Assembly: GCA_963815215.1 (NCBI GenBank)
Contig: CAWFFU010000003.1
Location: forward strand, 192,001-256,000
DNA: 64,000 nucleotides
Direction: 5' to 3'
Source: an uncultured Trueperaceae bacterium
GTDB lineage: Bacteria > Deinococcota > Deinococci > Deinococcales > Trueperaceae
The notes below the pieces were generated by a model, which worked only from the letters and a program-made list of their open reading frames with translations, searched no databases and was not told the DNA's origin. How positions within the stretch are numbered: position 1 is the first letter of the stretch; every line of letters begins with the position of its first letter. The translations under genes and the position numbers were made by a program. Shown piece by piece: positions 46,301 through 56,388 of the stretch.

Positions 46301-47461
46301 ATGGATTCCGACGCCCTGGTGACGCTCGCTTCCGACCTGATCCGCGCTCCCAGCCCGTCGGGGCGCGAGGGCCCCGCGGCGGACGTGCTGATGCGAGCGT
46401 TCGCCGCGCTCGGCTTCGACGAGGTGCGGCGCGACGAAGCGGGTAACGCGCTCGGCGTGTTCCGGCGCGGCGATGGGCCGGTGGTCATGTTCAACGGGCA
46501 TCTCGACACCGTGCCGCTGGGGGATGCTTCGCTGTGGCCGCAGCCCGCGCTGTCCGGGGCGGTCGTGGACGGGCGGCTGTGGGGGCGCGGCGCGTGCGAC
46601 ATGAAGAGCGCGCTGGCGTGCATGACGATGGCGGCCGCCGATGCCGCCCGCGACGGCTTCGCCGGCACGCTGGTGGTGGCGGGGGTGGTCCAGGAGGAAG
46701 TAGGCGGGCTGGGCGCCCGCTTCCTGGGCGAGACCCTGCCCGCCGACGTGATCGTGCTGGGCGAACCGAGCAAGCTCGACCTGATGCTGGGGCACCGCGG
46801 GCGCATCGAACTCGAGGTGCGCTTCCCCGGCCGTATCGCGCACGCCGCCAAGGCGGAGCTGGGCGAGAACGCGTTGTTGAACGCCGCACGCTTCATCGAG
46901 CGGCTGTCGAGCCTCGAGCTACCCGCCGGCGGACCGCTGGTCGGCTCCAGCGCCACCCCCACCCGGCTGGTGACCTTCCCGGAGGACGGCGTCAACGTCG
47001 TTCCCGGTTCGGCGTTGCTCACCGTCGACTACCGCACCATCCCCGGCGACGACGAGAAGGCGGTGGTGGCGCGGCTCGCCGGGCTTGCCGGCGATCCGCG
47101 CGTGGTGATCGACGTGCCGACCGAGCACGCCCAGAGTGAGGACGGCACGCTGCGGCGCGAGTACCCGCGTTCGGTCGGCGCGTATCTGGCGCCCGGTGAG
47201 AGCGCCGTAGTCGAGACCGCGCGGGGGGCGCTGCGAGCGGCGCTGGCCGAGAGCGGGCGCGGGCTGCGGGAGCGCACCTGGTGGTTCGCCACGGACGCTC
47301 CTCATCTGGCTCGCAGCGGCGGCGTGGTGATCGGCTTCGGGCCGGGCGAGGAGGAGCTCGCGCACACGACTCGTGAGAGCGTCGAGGTCGCCAGCCTCCA
47401 CGTGGCGAGGGCGGGCTACCGGGCGCTGGCGCGCGCCTACCTGGGACAGGGAGTGAACTGA
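46301..47461 (+). CDS. M20 family metallopeptidase/amidohydrolase (ArgE/DapE/YgeY-like)
   Basis: GHLDTV, GRGACDMK, QEE, GEP, GFGPG...AH. Confidence 0.9.
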   Translation: MDSDALVTLASDLIRAPSPSGREGPAADVLMRAFAALGFDEVRRDEAGNALGVFRRGDGPVVMFNGHLDTVPLGDASLWPQPALSGAVVDGRLWGRGACDMKSALACMTMAAADAARDGFAGTLVVAGVVQEEVGGLGARFLGETLPADVIVLGEPSKLDLMLGHRGRIELEVRFPGRIAHAAKAELGENALLNAARFIERLSSLELPAGGPLVGSSATPTRLVTFPEDGVNVVPGSALLTVDYRTIPGDDEKAVVARLAGLAGDPRVVIDVPTEHAQSEDGTLRREYPRSVGAYLAPGESAVVETARGALRAALAESGRGLRERTWWFATDAPHLARSGGVVIGFGPGEEELAHTTRESVEVASLHVARAGYRALARAYLGQGVN

Positions 47462-47462
47462 C

Positions 47463-47855
47463 GTGAAAGGGCAGACGGTGGTCATCAACGGGGATCGGTG
47501 GACGGTGGTCGACGTGGCGCCGGCGCAGGCGCTGGCTGAGATGGTCGCCGCGCTCCTCGAGGACGAGGGGATGGTCGCCATGGTGCGCGGCGACGAGCTG
47601 CTCACCGACGTGTTCTCCAACCTGGGGGCCGGCGGCGTCGGCTCGGCGCTGGTGCTGGTCCCCGAGGCCGATGCCCAGCGGGCCCTGAGCCTCATCGAAG
47701 AGACGGTCACGGACTTCGAGGGCGACGAGCTGGACGACATCATGGACGCGATCGCGGCCGGCGCTGATCCCGAAGAGCTGCTGGGCGCCGGGGAGATGCC
47801 GTCGGGCGAGGGCGCCTCCGAAGAAGACGCCTCCGAAGAGGACGACCCGGCGTGA
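47463..47855 (+). CDS. DUF2007-like small protein with an acidic tail
   Basis: AEMVAALLEDEG...VLVPEADAQRA. Confidence 0.6.
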   Translation: MKGQTVVINGDRWTVVDVAPAQALAEMVAALLEDEGMVAMVRGDELLTDVFSNLGAGGVGSALVLVPEADAQRALSLIEETVTDFEGDELDDIMDAIAAGADPEELLGAGEMPSGEGASEEDASEEDDPA

Positions 47856-48784
47856 ACGCAGGGGCTGCCGACGGCGGCGCCGTGCGGCGTACAGCCGCGC
47901 GCGTCAGCCTGGTCGGCGCCCTGGTCATCCTGGTCCTGAAGTTCGGCGCCTACGGGCTCACGGGCTCGGTCGGCTTCCTGTCCGACGCGGCCGAGTCGGT
48001 GGTGAACCTGGTGGCGGCGGTGGCGCTGATGATCGCCATGTCCGTGGCCGGGACACCGCCCGACTACCGTCACCCGTACGGTCACACCAAGGCGGAGTAC
48101 CTCTCCAGCGTGCTCGAGGCGAGCCTGATCGTGGTGGCGGCGGTGGTCATCGTGGCCGCCGCGGTGCAGCGGCTGCTGCACCCGCAGGCGCTCGAGCACG
48201 TCGTCCTCGGCGCCGGCATCGCGGCACTCGCCGCGGCGGTCAACGGAGGGCTGGCGGCCTTCCTGTTCCGCACCGGGCGTCGCGAGCGCTCGGCGGCGCT
48301 GGAGGCCAACGCCCGCCACCTCCTCACCGACGTGTGGACGTCGATCGGGGTGGTCCTGGGCGTGGCCTTGGTGGCGATCACCGGCTGGGACCCGCTCGAT
48401 CCCATCATCGCCATCCTGGTGGCCAGCAACATCGTGGCGGTGGGCGCGGGCGTGTTCCGACGATCGGTCTCCGAGCTGCTCGATGAGCGGCTCCCCGAGG
48501 GCGAGGAGCGCATCATCCTGCGGGTGCTAGACGAGGCGCCCGAGGTCAAGGGCTACCATCGCCTGCGCACGCGCCGGGCCGGCCGCTTGCGGTTCGCCGA
48601 GGTGGACGTCTTCGTCGATCCGGAGCTCAGCGTGCGCGACGCACACCGCCTGATCGCGCGGCTCGAAGACACCATGCACGGCGATCTCTCGGACCTGGTG
48701 ACCACGGTGCACGTCGAGCCTTTCGAGGCGGGCGTGCGCGACGCCAGCCTGACGCCGCGCGAAGAGTTCCCGCAGGGCCGCTGA
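47852..48784 (+). CDS. Cation diffusion facilitator (FieF-like)
   Basis: SDAAES, PPD..HPYGHTKAEY, HLLTD, LRTRRAG, VHVEP. Confidence 0.92.
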   Translation: MNAGAADGGAVRRTAARVSLVGALVILVLKFGAYGLTGSVGFLSDAAESVVNLVAAVALMIAMSVAGTPPDYRHPYGHTKAEYLSSVLEASLIVVAAVVIVAAAVQRLLHPQALEHVVLGAGIAALAAAVNGGLAAFLFRTGRRERSAALEANARHLLTDVWTSIGVVLGVALVAITGWDPLDPIIAILVASNIVAVGAGVFRRSVSELLDERLPEGEERIILRVLDEAPEVKGYHRLRTRRAGRLRFAEVDVFVDPELSVRDAHRLIARLEDTMHGDLSDLVTTVHVEPFEAGVRDASLTPREEFPQGR

Positions 48785-48795
48785 CGACGGCGCGG

Positions 48796-49395
48796 TCAGG
48801 ACCGCACGGGGTGTGAGAGGTAGGCCGAGCCGATCTCGACGAAGCGCAACGGGGCGGCCGCCCAGTCTCCGGCGTAGTCGACGCCGATGCGACGGTCCAC
48901 GCCCACCGCGGCCGGCGGATCGCCCGGCAGGATCGAGACCGGCGGGCCCTGGAGGCCGATGGCGTTGTGCGTCAGATCGATGCCGAGCGCGCGGGTCAGC
49001 CGGCCCGGGCCGTCGGTGCGCCCGACCACCTCCGTGAGCGGTTCGACGGCGCGCACCAGCACGGCGTGGGGGGCACCCTCCGCCAGGGCGACGACGTTGA
49101 ACAGGTGATGCAGGCCGTAGACGAGATAGACGTAGGCGGTGCCCGGCGGCCCGTAGAGGGTCGTGGTGCGCGGCGTGAGCCCGCGCGACGCGTGACAGGC
49201 GAGGTCCTCCTCGCCGAGGTAGGCCTCGGTCTCGACGATGCGCGCGAGCGAGCGGAGCCCGCCGTGCTCCACGCACAGGCGCTGCCCCAACAGGGCGCGC
49301 GCCAGCACGTCCGCGGGGCGGGCGTAGAAGGCGTGAGGCAGGGGCGTGTCGCGGTCGTCCGCGGCGCCGGGTTCCCGGGCGGGAGCGGCGCTCAC
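48796..49395 (-). CDS. mpg: 3-methyladenine DNA glycosylase (AAG/Mpg family)
   Basis: RIVETEAY, ACHA, YVYLVYG, AVLVRA, GPGRL, RIGV. Confidence 0.92.
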   Translation of the reverse strand: MSAAPAREPGAADDRDTPLPHAFYARPADVLARALLGQRLCVEHGGLRSLARIVETEAYLGEEDLACHASRGLTPRTTTLYGPPGTAYVYLVYGLHHLFNVVALAEGAPHAVLVRAVEPLTEVVGRTDGPGRLTRALGIDLTHNAIGLQGPPVSILPGDPPAAVGVDRRIGVDYAGDWAAAPLRFVEIGSAYLSHPVRS

Positions 49396-50624
49396 CGAAG
49401 GTGCCGCGCCAGGGGGATGACCTCGATCGGGTCCCCCACTTCGACGACGCGCCCCGCCGGCACCACGGCGAGCGCGTCCCCTTCGCTCATGGAGCGCAGC
49501 ACGCCCGACGACTGGTTCGGCAACGCCGCGGCGGCGAGGCCGCTCTGGTCCAGCGCCAGAACCGCACGCGGCAGGCTCTCCTTGAGCGCGGCGCCGTGGA
49601 AGGGGGTGCGTGCGCGGGCCGGTCTGCGGTCGAGATAGGGCGGTGGATCGCTACGGCCCAGGGCAGCGTCGAGGAAGCCGCGGGCGAGGACCAGGAACAC
49701 CACCATGCTCGATACCGGATTGCCGGGCAGCCCCAGCACCGGGAGGTCGCCGAGCCGTCCGTAGAGGGCGGGGCCGCCGGGCTTCATGGCGACCTTCCAG
49801 AAGCGCACCGTGCCCCGCCCGAACAGCAGGTCTCGCACGCGATCGTAGCGTCCCATCGAGACGCCGCCAGAGGTGAGCAGTAGGTCGACCGAGCCCACCC
49901 GCTCCAACGCGCGCTCCAGCGCGTCCGCATCGTCGCCTACGCGCGGCAACCGGATCATGGCGGCGCCCGCTGCTTGCCCCAGCGCCATCAGGGAGGCCCC
50001 GTTACTGTCGTAGACCTGGCCACGCGCCAGGGGTCGGCCCGGGTCCACCACCTCGTCGCCGGTGGTCAGGAGCGCCACCCGCGGGCGCCGGGCCACGGCT
50101 ACGGTGGCATGCCCCATACCGCCGGCGAGGCCGATGGTGGCGGCGTCGAGGCGTCGACCGCGACGTAGATAGACCTGTCCATCCACAAGATCTTGCGCGC
50201 GCCGCCGGATATCGCCGGTACGCGCCGGTTGCAGCAGCTCGACCACGTCGCTCTCGACCTCGCGGCTCGCCTCGACCGGAACGATGCCGTCGGCGCCATC
50301 GGGCACGGCGGCGCCGGTGAAGATGCGGACGGCCTGGCCGGGCCCCACCGTTCCCGTGAATGGCCGCCCCGCCGGCGCCTCGCCCACCAGCCGCAGCCTG
50401 GCCGGTGCTCCGTCGCGCGCGCCGGCGGTGTCCTGCACGCGACACGCGTAACCGTCGAGCGCAGAGTTGTCGACGCCCGGATGGTCGCACAGGCTGGCCA
50501 GGTCCTCGGCCAGGATGCGCCCCATCGCGTCGGCCAGCTCGACGCGTTCACTGCCAAGGGTGGGCGCGTCGCGCTGGAGGATGGCGAGCGCGTCGGCCGG
50601 AGCGAGCCCGCTGGGTGCGTCCAT
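49392..50624 (-). CDS. moeA: Molybdopterin molybdotransferase MoeA
   Basis: NSALDGYA, IFTGA.VP, TGDE, DSN, TSGGVS, MKPG, LPGNPVS. Confidence 0.94.
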   Translation of the reverse strand: MDAPSGLAPADALAILQRDAPTLGSERVELADAMGRILAEDLASLCDHPGVDNSALDGYACRVQDTAGARDGAPARLRLVGEAPAGRPFTGTVGPGQAVRIFTGAAVPDGADGIVPVEASREVESDVVELLQPARTGDIRRRAQDLVDGQVYLRRGRRLDAATIGLAGGMGHATVAVARRPRVALLTTGDEVVDPGRPLARGQVYDSNGASLMALGQAAGAAMIRLPRVGDDADALERALERVGSVDLLLTSGGVSMGRYDRVRDLLFGRGTVRFWKVAMKPGGPALYGRLGDLPVLGLPGNPVSSMVVFLVLARGFLDAALGRSDPPPYLDRRPARARTPFHGAALKESLPRAVLALDQSGLAAAALPNQSSGVLRSMSEGDALAVVPAGRVVEVGDPIEVIPLARHLR

Positions 50625-50667
50625 GTCGGCATGCTATCAGGCCGGCGTGGCCCGTCGGAGGGTCAGG

Positions 50668-51141
50668 TCAGGCCTGTTGCATGCCGCGGCCGTCCCAGCC
50701 GGCGTAGGTGTAGAAGGTGCCGGGGCGCTGTCCCTGCAGGTAGGCCACCAGCGGGTCGCGCAGCGGTGCGATGGGGATGATGCCCTTGACGTCCTCGGCG
50801 GGGAAGAAGCGCGCCTCGACGATGAAGCCGTCGGGATCGCGGGGGTTCAGGAGTCCGTCGTAACGGGCGTGGAAGGCGAAGGACACGGCGCGATCGTTGC
50901 GGCGGCGGTCCTCCACGTGGACGGCGTACGCCAGATGGGTGATCTCGGTCAGGACGAGGCCCGTCTCCTCGCGGACCTCGCGGCTCAGCGCGTCCAGGGT
51001 GGACTCGCCTCGTTCCACCACGCCCCCGGGGAGGGTGTAGCGGACGTTCCCGTACCCTTGCCAGTCGTTGCCTACGAGCAGGACGCGGCCCTGAGCGTCC
51101 AGGAGGATCGCCGCGGCAACGACGAACTCACGCCGTGCCAC
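50668..51141 (-). CDS. NUDIX hydrolase
   Basis: LPGGVVERGESTLDALSREVREETGL. Confidence 0.88.
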   Translation of the reverse strand: MARREFVVAAAILLDAQGRVLLVGNDWQGYGNVRYTLPGGVVERGESTLDALSREVREETGLVLTEITHLAYAVHVEDRRRNDRAVSFAFHARYDGLLNPRDPDGFIVEARFFPAEDVKGIIPIAPLRDPLVAYLQGQRPGTFYTYAGWDGRGMQQA

Positions 51142-52240
51142 CGGCCGCCGCGGCCTCGCCGCCGGTGGAGGTCGCTGCCATCGCTTCCAGCCGCCGCCCC
51201 TGCTCGGCCTCCGACAGCGCCGCCGTCAGCTCGGCGAGATCGCCGAGCAGCACGCTCTGTAGGTCCCGGGTGGTGAAGCCGATGCGGTGATCGGTGACCC
51301 TGGACTGCGGGAAGTTGTAGGTACGCACCTTCTCGCTGCGCTCGCCGCTGCCGATCTGCACCAGGCGCGCCTCGCGAGCCTCGCTCTGGGCGCGCTCGCG
51401 CTCGCGCTCGAGCAGCCGCGCCCGCAACACCGCCAGCGCCTTCTCCTTGTTCTTGATCTGCGACTTGCCGTCCTGGCAGGTGACCACGATCTCGTCCGCG
51501 GTCCCCGGCCGGTAGGTCACCCGCACCGCGGAATCGGTGGTGTTCACCGATTGCCCGCCGGGACCGCTGGAGCGGTACACGTCCACGCGGTAATCCGCCG
51601 GGGTGAGGTCGACGTCGACGTCCTGGGCCTCCGGCAGCACGGCCACCGTGACCGTGCTGGTGTGGATCCGGCCCTGCGCCTCGGTGGCGGGCACGCGTTG
51701 CACGCGGTGGACGCCTGACTCGTACTTGAACCGGCTGTAGGCGCCGCGTCCGTGGATCTCGAAGGAGACCTTCGAGAGGCCACCGACGTCGGTCGGATGG
51801 GAGTCGAGCAACTCGGTCGCGTACCGCAGGCTCTCGGCATAGCGCAGGTACATCTCGAGCACCTCGCGTGCGAACAGCGAGGCCTCGTCGCCGCCCGCCG
51901 CCGCCCGCACCTCGACGATGACGTCCTTGTCATCGAACGGGTCGGTGGGGAGCAGCATGCGCTCCAGCGAACGCTCGAGCTCCTCGACGCGCGGCTGCAG
52001 CAGCTCCGCCTCGGCGCGAGCCTCGTCGCCGAGTTCGGCATCGGACTGGAGGTCGTGGGCCTCATCGAGCTGGCGACTGGCGTCGCGGTACTCTCTGAAG
52101 GCATCAACGATCCCCTTGAGCTCGCTGTACCGCTGCATGGCTTCGCGGTAGCGCCCGGTGTCCGCGATGAGCGCCGGGTCCGCGAGACTTCGTTCGAGTA
52201 TCTCGAACTCGTCCGTGAGGGTATTGAGCTTCTCGATCAT
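51128..52240 (-). CDS. prfA: Peptide chain release factor 1
   Basis: GGDEA, ESGVHRVQRVPATE (PxT), SSGPGGQSVN, RTYNFPQSRVTDHRI. Confidence 0.97.
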   Translation of the reverse strand: MIEKLNTLTDEFEILERSLADPALIADTGRYREAMQRYSELKGIVDAFREYRDASRQLDEAHDLQSDAELGDEARAEAELLQPRVEELERSLERMLLPTDPFDDKDVIVEVRAAAGGDEASLFAREVLEMYLRYAESLRYATELLDSHPTDVGGLSKVSFEIHGRGAYSRFKYESGVHRVQRVPATEAQGRIHTSTVTVAVLPEAQDVDVDLTPADYRVDVYRSSGPGGQSVNTTDSAVRVTYRPGTADEIVVTCQDGKSQIKNKEKALAVLRARLLERERERAQSEAREARLVQIGSGERSEKVRTYNFPQSRVTDHRIGFTTRDLQSVLLGDLAELTAALSEAEQGRRLEAMAATSTGGEAAAAGGTA

Positions 52241-52370
52241 TGCGGCCAGTGTACCGCGGGCCTCTGGCGCTCCCGGTCGCAGGGTCGGTGCGCCGGCGCT
52301 GGGTGGCCATGCCACCCGGCGGTGTCCGTTCGGCGCGCTCCGTGTGGCGCCTCCTTGCGGCCGCCGCCGT

Positions 52371-53525
52371 TCAGGGGGCGGCGACCAGCCGGCCGCCCTG
52401 CACCATCGCGATGGCCAGACCGGCCGGCTGGAGAGCCTCGTGGCTGCCTTCGCGGAGATCGTACAGGCCGCCCGCGCCGCAGGTCGGGGGGAGCCCCACC
52501 AGCGAGTCACGTACGGCCTGTCGCCGCGCCGACACGCTGGCGTCGGGCAGCCGCAGCGCGGCGACCTGCTCGAAGGCCGCTGCGAGCAGGTCGATGGCGT
52601 CGTACGCCGGGGCGGCGGGAGCGAGGTCGATGACCCCGCCGTACACCGCGCGAAGCCGGTCCGCCGCCGAGCGTGCCGCGTCGGCGCAGGTCGCGCCATC
52701 GGGCAGTCCCTGCGCCACCGTCACCGGCGCCACGGCGAAGCGCACTCCCTCGAGCCGACCGAGCGCCAGCCCGCCCATGACGGGTTTGAGCAGGGCGCTG
52801 CGCGCGTACACCGGACCCCGATAGCCGCGGCGGGCGAGGCCGTCGAGCGCCGTCATGAGGTCGTCCTTGAGCCCCCATATCACCACCGCGCCCGGCTGGC
52901 GCGTGGCCACCCAGAGTGCCTCGGGGGTGAGGACGGCGGCGCCCGGCGGGTAGCGCGCGTCACCGGCGTAGCCCAGCCCGGCTACCGCCAGCAGGGCCTT
53001 CAGATCGGCGACCATGCTGTCGCCGAAGCCGTTGTCCAACGTCATCAAGGCCAGGCTCCGCAACCCGCGCGCACTGGCATCGGCCACCACCGCCGCCAGC
53101 GCGTCCTTGTCGCGCGGCGCCAGCGAGAAGCTCCAGTAGGGCGTGCCGGCCACGCTTTCCAGGGGCGACGGCGACAGCAGCACGACGCCGGATGCTTCCG
53201 CGAGGCGCGCCACCTGCTCGGAGGCCGCTTGGGTGGTGCAGCAAACCAGCGCGTCGACGCCGTCGCCGATGAGCGTCCGCGCCGCGTCCAGCGCCTGCGC
53301 GGGATCGCCCGCGTCGTCCTCGACGCGGAGATCTACGGGAGTCCCGAAGATGCCGCCGGACGCCCGCAGCCGGGAGGCGTAGGCGATGGCCGCCAGCGAT
53401 TCGGCATCGCCGGCGACCCGGGCCGTGCCCTCCTTGGACACGATCACGCCGATGGAGAAGGGCGTGGCGGCCGAAGCCGAGGCGAGCAGCAGCAGGATCG
53501 CCAGGAGCTGGAACGGTCGGCGCAT
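52371..53525 (-). CDS. Orphan ABC-type substrate-binding protein (Liv/PBP1 family)
   Basis: Signal peptide; GGIFG.PV...DDAGDP, DNGFG, AYDA. Confidence 0.75.
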   Translation of the reverse strand: MRRPFQLLAILLLLASASAATPFSIGVIVSKEGTARVAGDAESLAAIAYASRLRASGGIFGTPVDLRVEDDAGDPAQALDAARTLIGDGVDALVCCTTQAASEQVARLAEASGVVLLSPSPLESVAGTPYWSFSLAPRDKDALAAVVADASARGLRSLALMTLDNGFGDSMVADLKALLAVAGLGYAGDARYPPGAAVLTPEALWVATRQPGAVVIWGLKDDLMTALDGLARRGYRGPVYARSALLKPVMGGLALGRLEGVRFAVAPVTVAQGLPDGATCADAARSAADRLRAVYGGVIDLAPAAPAYDAIDLLAAAFEQVAALRLPDASVSARRQAVRDSLVGLPPTCGAGGLYDLREGSHEALQPAGLAIAMVQGGRLVAAP

Positions 53526-53584
53526 GGTCCCTTCTACCAGGACGCGTGCCTGCCTCGGTGAGAGGACGCCCAAGAGCCGCCAAC

Positions 53585-53622
53585 GGTCGGTAAAAGTCCG
53601 ACAGGGGGTGTCGTGGAACCGC
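53585..53622. promoter_or_regulatory. Candidate operator(s) upstream of the hydrogenase operon
   Basis: GTCGG-N7-CCGAC palindrome at 53586-53602 plus a weaker copy just downstream; similar to 59738-59756. Confidence 0.45.
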
Positions 53623-53806
53623 CGTGGCTGACTCGTGGGCCGCCTTCGTAGCGTGAACTCGGGGTCATGGGACGTGCGGGGCACGGAGCCGGAGGTCGCG
53701 TGCCGAGCGGGGTGATGGTCGGAACACACGTCGAGGTAGGCAGGACCAGGATCCAGGACGGGTCCGCCGTGCCAGCGGCACGATCTGGCAACACTGGAGG
53801 TGACGC

Positions 53807-55036
53807 GTGACGCGCGACCCGGTCTGGCTCGAAGGTGACGCCCCCGAGCGTCTGGTGGAGGCGCTGGGTGCGCGTGGCTACCGGGTGATCGCTCCCCGCG
53901 TAGAGAACGACACCCTGATCCTCGATGAGGTCGGCTCCGGTGACGAGCTGCCGCGCGGCTGGTCGGACGAGGCGTCTCCCGGACGCTACCGGCTGATGCG
54001 CATGGACGACGACCCAGTGCGGGCGGCCGAACGCTTCGGCTTCCGGGTTGGCGCGCACAGCTACAAGCGCTACCTGCATCCGCCCGAGGCCCGCCTGTTC
54101 ACCGCCCGGCGCGAGCGCGCCGGCGGTCTGGAGGTGCGTCCCGAGCCCGGACCCGAGCGCCCCCTGGCCCTCGTGGGGATCCGGCCCTGCGATCTGGCCG
54201 CCATCGGGGTTCAGGACCGCGTGCTCCTGAACGGTCCGCACGTCGACGACGTCTACGCGGCGCGCCGTGAAGGTGCGTTCCTCGTGGCCGTGGAGTGCAC
54301 TCGTCCGGGAGCCACCTGCTTCTGCTCATCGATGGGAACGGGACCCGGGATCGACGGCGCTTCCGCCGACGGCAGCGAATCGGGTTCCGGTGCCGATCTG
54401 GTGTTGACCGAGCTGATCGACGAGCGGCGTCACGGGTTCGTGGCCCGTGCCGGCAGCGCGCGCGGCGCCGAGGTCCTCGATGCGATGAAGGGCCGGCCGG
54501 CCAGCGAAGGGGAACAGGGCGAGCGCGCGGCCGCGGTCGACGAAGCGGCGCGGAGCATGGAGCGTTCGCTGGACCTGGCTTCGGCGCGCGCGGCGCTGGC
54601 CCAGGGAGCGGAGCTGCCACTGTTCGCGGAGGTCGCCGAGCGCTGCCTGGCCTGCGCCAACTGCACCCTGGTGTGCCCCACGTGCTTCTGCACCACCGTC
54701 GTGGACACGACCGACCTCACCGGTCGGGTGGCCGAGCGCAGCCGCCACTGGGATTCGTGCTTCGGTCTGGAGTTCAGCTATCTGCACGGCGGCAGCGTCC
54801 GGCAGAGCGTGTCGTCGCGCTACCGGCAGTGGATCACGCACAAGCTCAGCAGTTGGTTCGATCAGTTCGGTGAGGCGGGCTGCGTCGGCTGCGGTCGCTG
54901 CATCGCCTGGTGCCCGGTCGGCATCGACATCACCCAGGAAGCGGCAACGGCGATCGCCCAGCACGGCGAGGCGGTCGCGGACGCGCAACGGGAGCCCTCG
55001 AGGAGGGGACCCCCGACGAGGGGAGCACGACCATGA
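53807..55036 (+). CDS. Group 3b hydrogenase Fe-S subunit (sulfhydrogenase beta/AsrA-like)
   Basis: GIRPCD, CFCSSMG, CLACANCTLVCPTCFC, WDSC, RYRQW..HK, CVGCGRCIAWCP. Confidence 0.9.
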   Translation: MTRDPVWLEGDAPERLVEALGARGYRVIAPRVENDTLILDEVGSGDELPRGWSDEASPGRYRLMRMDDDPVRAAERFGFRVGAHSYKRYLHPPEARLFTARRERAGGLEVRPEPGPERPLALVGIRPCDLAAIGVQDRVLLNGPHVDDVYAARREGAFLVAVECTRPGATCFCSSMGTGPGIDGASADGSESGSGADLVLTELIDERRHGFVARAGSARGAEVLDAMKGRPASEGEQGERAAAVDEAARSMERSLDLASARAALAQGAELPLFAEVAERCLACANCTLVCPTCFCTTVVDTTDLTGRVAERSRHWDSCFGLEFSYLHGGSVRQSVSSRYRQWITHKLSSWFDQFGEAGCVGCGRCIAWCPVGIDITQEAATAIAQHGEAVADAQREPSRRGPPTRGARP

Positions 55037-55488
55037 TGCGTGACATGACGGCGCTGTTGAGCGCCAGCCCCGTGTTCGCGGGGCTCGACAGCGACCAGCT
55101 CGACTTCATCGCGGGTTGCGGCTGGAACGTTCACTTCAGCGCGGGCGACACCATCTTCAAGTTCGGCGAGCCGGCCGACCGCTTCTTCGTCCTGCGTGGC
55201 GGCAGCATCAGCATCGACATCCGGTTCGCCGGCGGTCCCGCGCGTCGCATCGAAACGCTCGGCGAAGGGGAGGTGCTGGGGTGGTCCTGGCTGTTCCCGC
55301 CCTACACCTGGCAGTTCGATGCCCGCGCCATGGCCGACGTTCGCGCGACCGCCTTCGATGGCTCCTGCCTGCGCGACAAGTGCGAACACGATCCCACCCT
55401 CGGCTACGAACTCATGAAGCGCTTCGCGGGCATCGTCGCGACGCGCCTGCAGGCGACGCGCATGCAGCTACTGGACCTGTATGGATAG
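55033..55488 (+). CDS. Stand-alone cNMP-binding domain protein
   Basis: [36 protein letters not shown]; no HTH; overlaps both neighbours. Confidence 0.85.
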   Translation: MMRDMTALLSASPVFAGLDSDQLDFIAGCGWNVHFSAGDTIFKFGEPADRFFVLRGGSISIDIRFAGGPARRIETLGEGEVLGWSWLFPPYTWQFDARAMADVRATAFDGSCLRDKCEHDPTLGYELMKRFAGIVATRLQATRMQLLDLYG

Positions 55489-56368
55489 CCGCTCCGAGGT
55501 CGCGCGCGGGCGCACCGCGCAAGCGGTGATGCTGCCTCGCCCGTACCGTGTGGTCCGACGCTGGAGCGAGACCGCCGACACCTTCACCATGGAGTTGCGA
55601 CCGGCACAGGAAGGGGTGTCGGACGCGCTCGCGGCCCCCACGGCGCCGGCGTTCCGTCCCGGCCAGTTCAACATGCTCTACGCGTTCGGGGCGGGCGAGG
55701 TGCCGATCTCGATCAGCGGCGACCCCGCCGACGGCGAGCGTCTCATCCATACCGTTCGCGCGGTGGGCGCGGTCACGCGCCACCTGAGTGCGCTGGACGC
55801 GGGGGACACGGTCGGGGTGCGCGGCCCGTTCGGAAGTGCCTGGCCGGTGGAGGCCGCCGAGGGACGTGACCTCGTCATCGTGGCAGGCGGCATCGGATTG
55901 CCGCCGCTGCGCCCCGTGCTCTATGAGGTGCTGTCGCAACGCGAGCGCTTCGGGAGGGTGGCTCTGCTCTACGGCGCCCGCCGTCCCGAGGAGATGGTGT
56001 TCGTCGACGAGCTGCGCACCTGGCGCTCGCGGCTCGACCTCGACGTCGCCGTCACGGTCGATCGCGCAACGGAGAACTGGAAGGGTGCGGTGGGCTTCGT
56101 CACCACGCTGGTGGGGAGGGCGCCGGTCGACACCGCCGAGGCGGTGGCGATGGTGTGCGGCCCCGAGCTGATGATGCGTTTCGCCGCGCTCGAGCTCCTG
56201 AAGCGGGGCGTGGCGGAGGAGCGCATCCACGTGTCGATGGAACGCAACATGAAGTGCGGCGTCGGACTGTGTGGCCACTGCCAGTTCGGGCCCAGCTTCG
56301 TGTGCCGGGACGGCCCGGTCTATCCCTTCGGAAGGGTGAAGGACCTCCTGCAGGTGGCGGAAGCGTGA
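55481..56368 (+). CDS. Group 3b hydrogenase FAD/NAD(P)-binding subunit (gamma)
   Basis: [46 protein letters not shown]. Confidence 0.92.
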   Translation: MDSRSEVARGRTAQAVMLPRPYRVVRRWSETADTFTMELRPAQEGVSDALAAPTAPAFRPGQFNMLYAFGAGEVPISISGDPADGERLIHTVRAVGAVTRHLSALDAGDTVGVRGPFGSAWPVEAAEGRDLVIVAGGIGLPPLRPVLYEVLSQRERFGRVALLYGARRPEEMVFVDELRTWRSRLDLDVAVTVDRATENWKGAVGFVTTLVGRAPVDTAEAVAMVCGPELMMRFAALELLKRGVAEERIHVSMERNMKCGVGLCGHCQFGPSFVCRDGPVYPFGRVKDLLQVAEA

Positions 56369-56388
56369 GGCGCGAGGTGAGGACGAAC

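Noticed and set aside
50625..50667. Moco riboswitch ahead of moeA
   Set aside because: Only a 43-bp gap, and a leaderless-type -10 box is present.
51128..52699. 523-aa version of the release factor, or a prfB-type frameshift
   Set aside because: The PAT motif identifies RF1, the frame is continuous, and the real start is ATG 52240.
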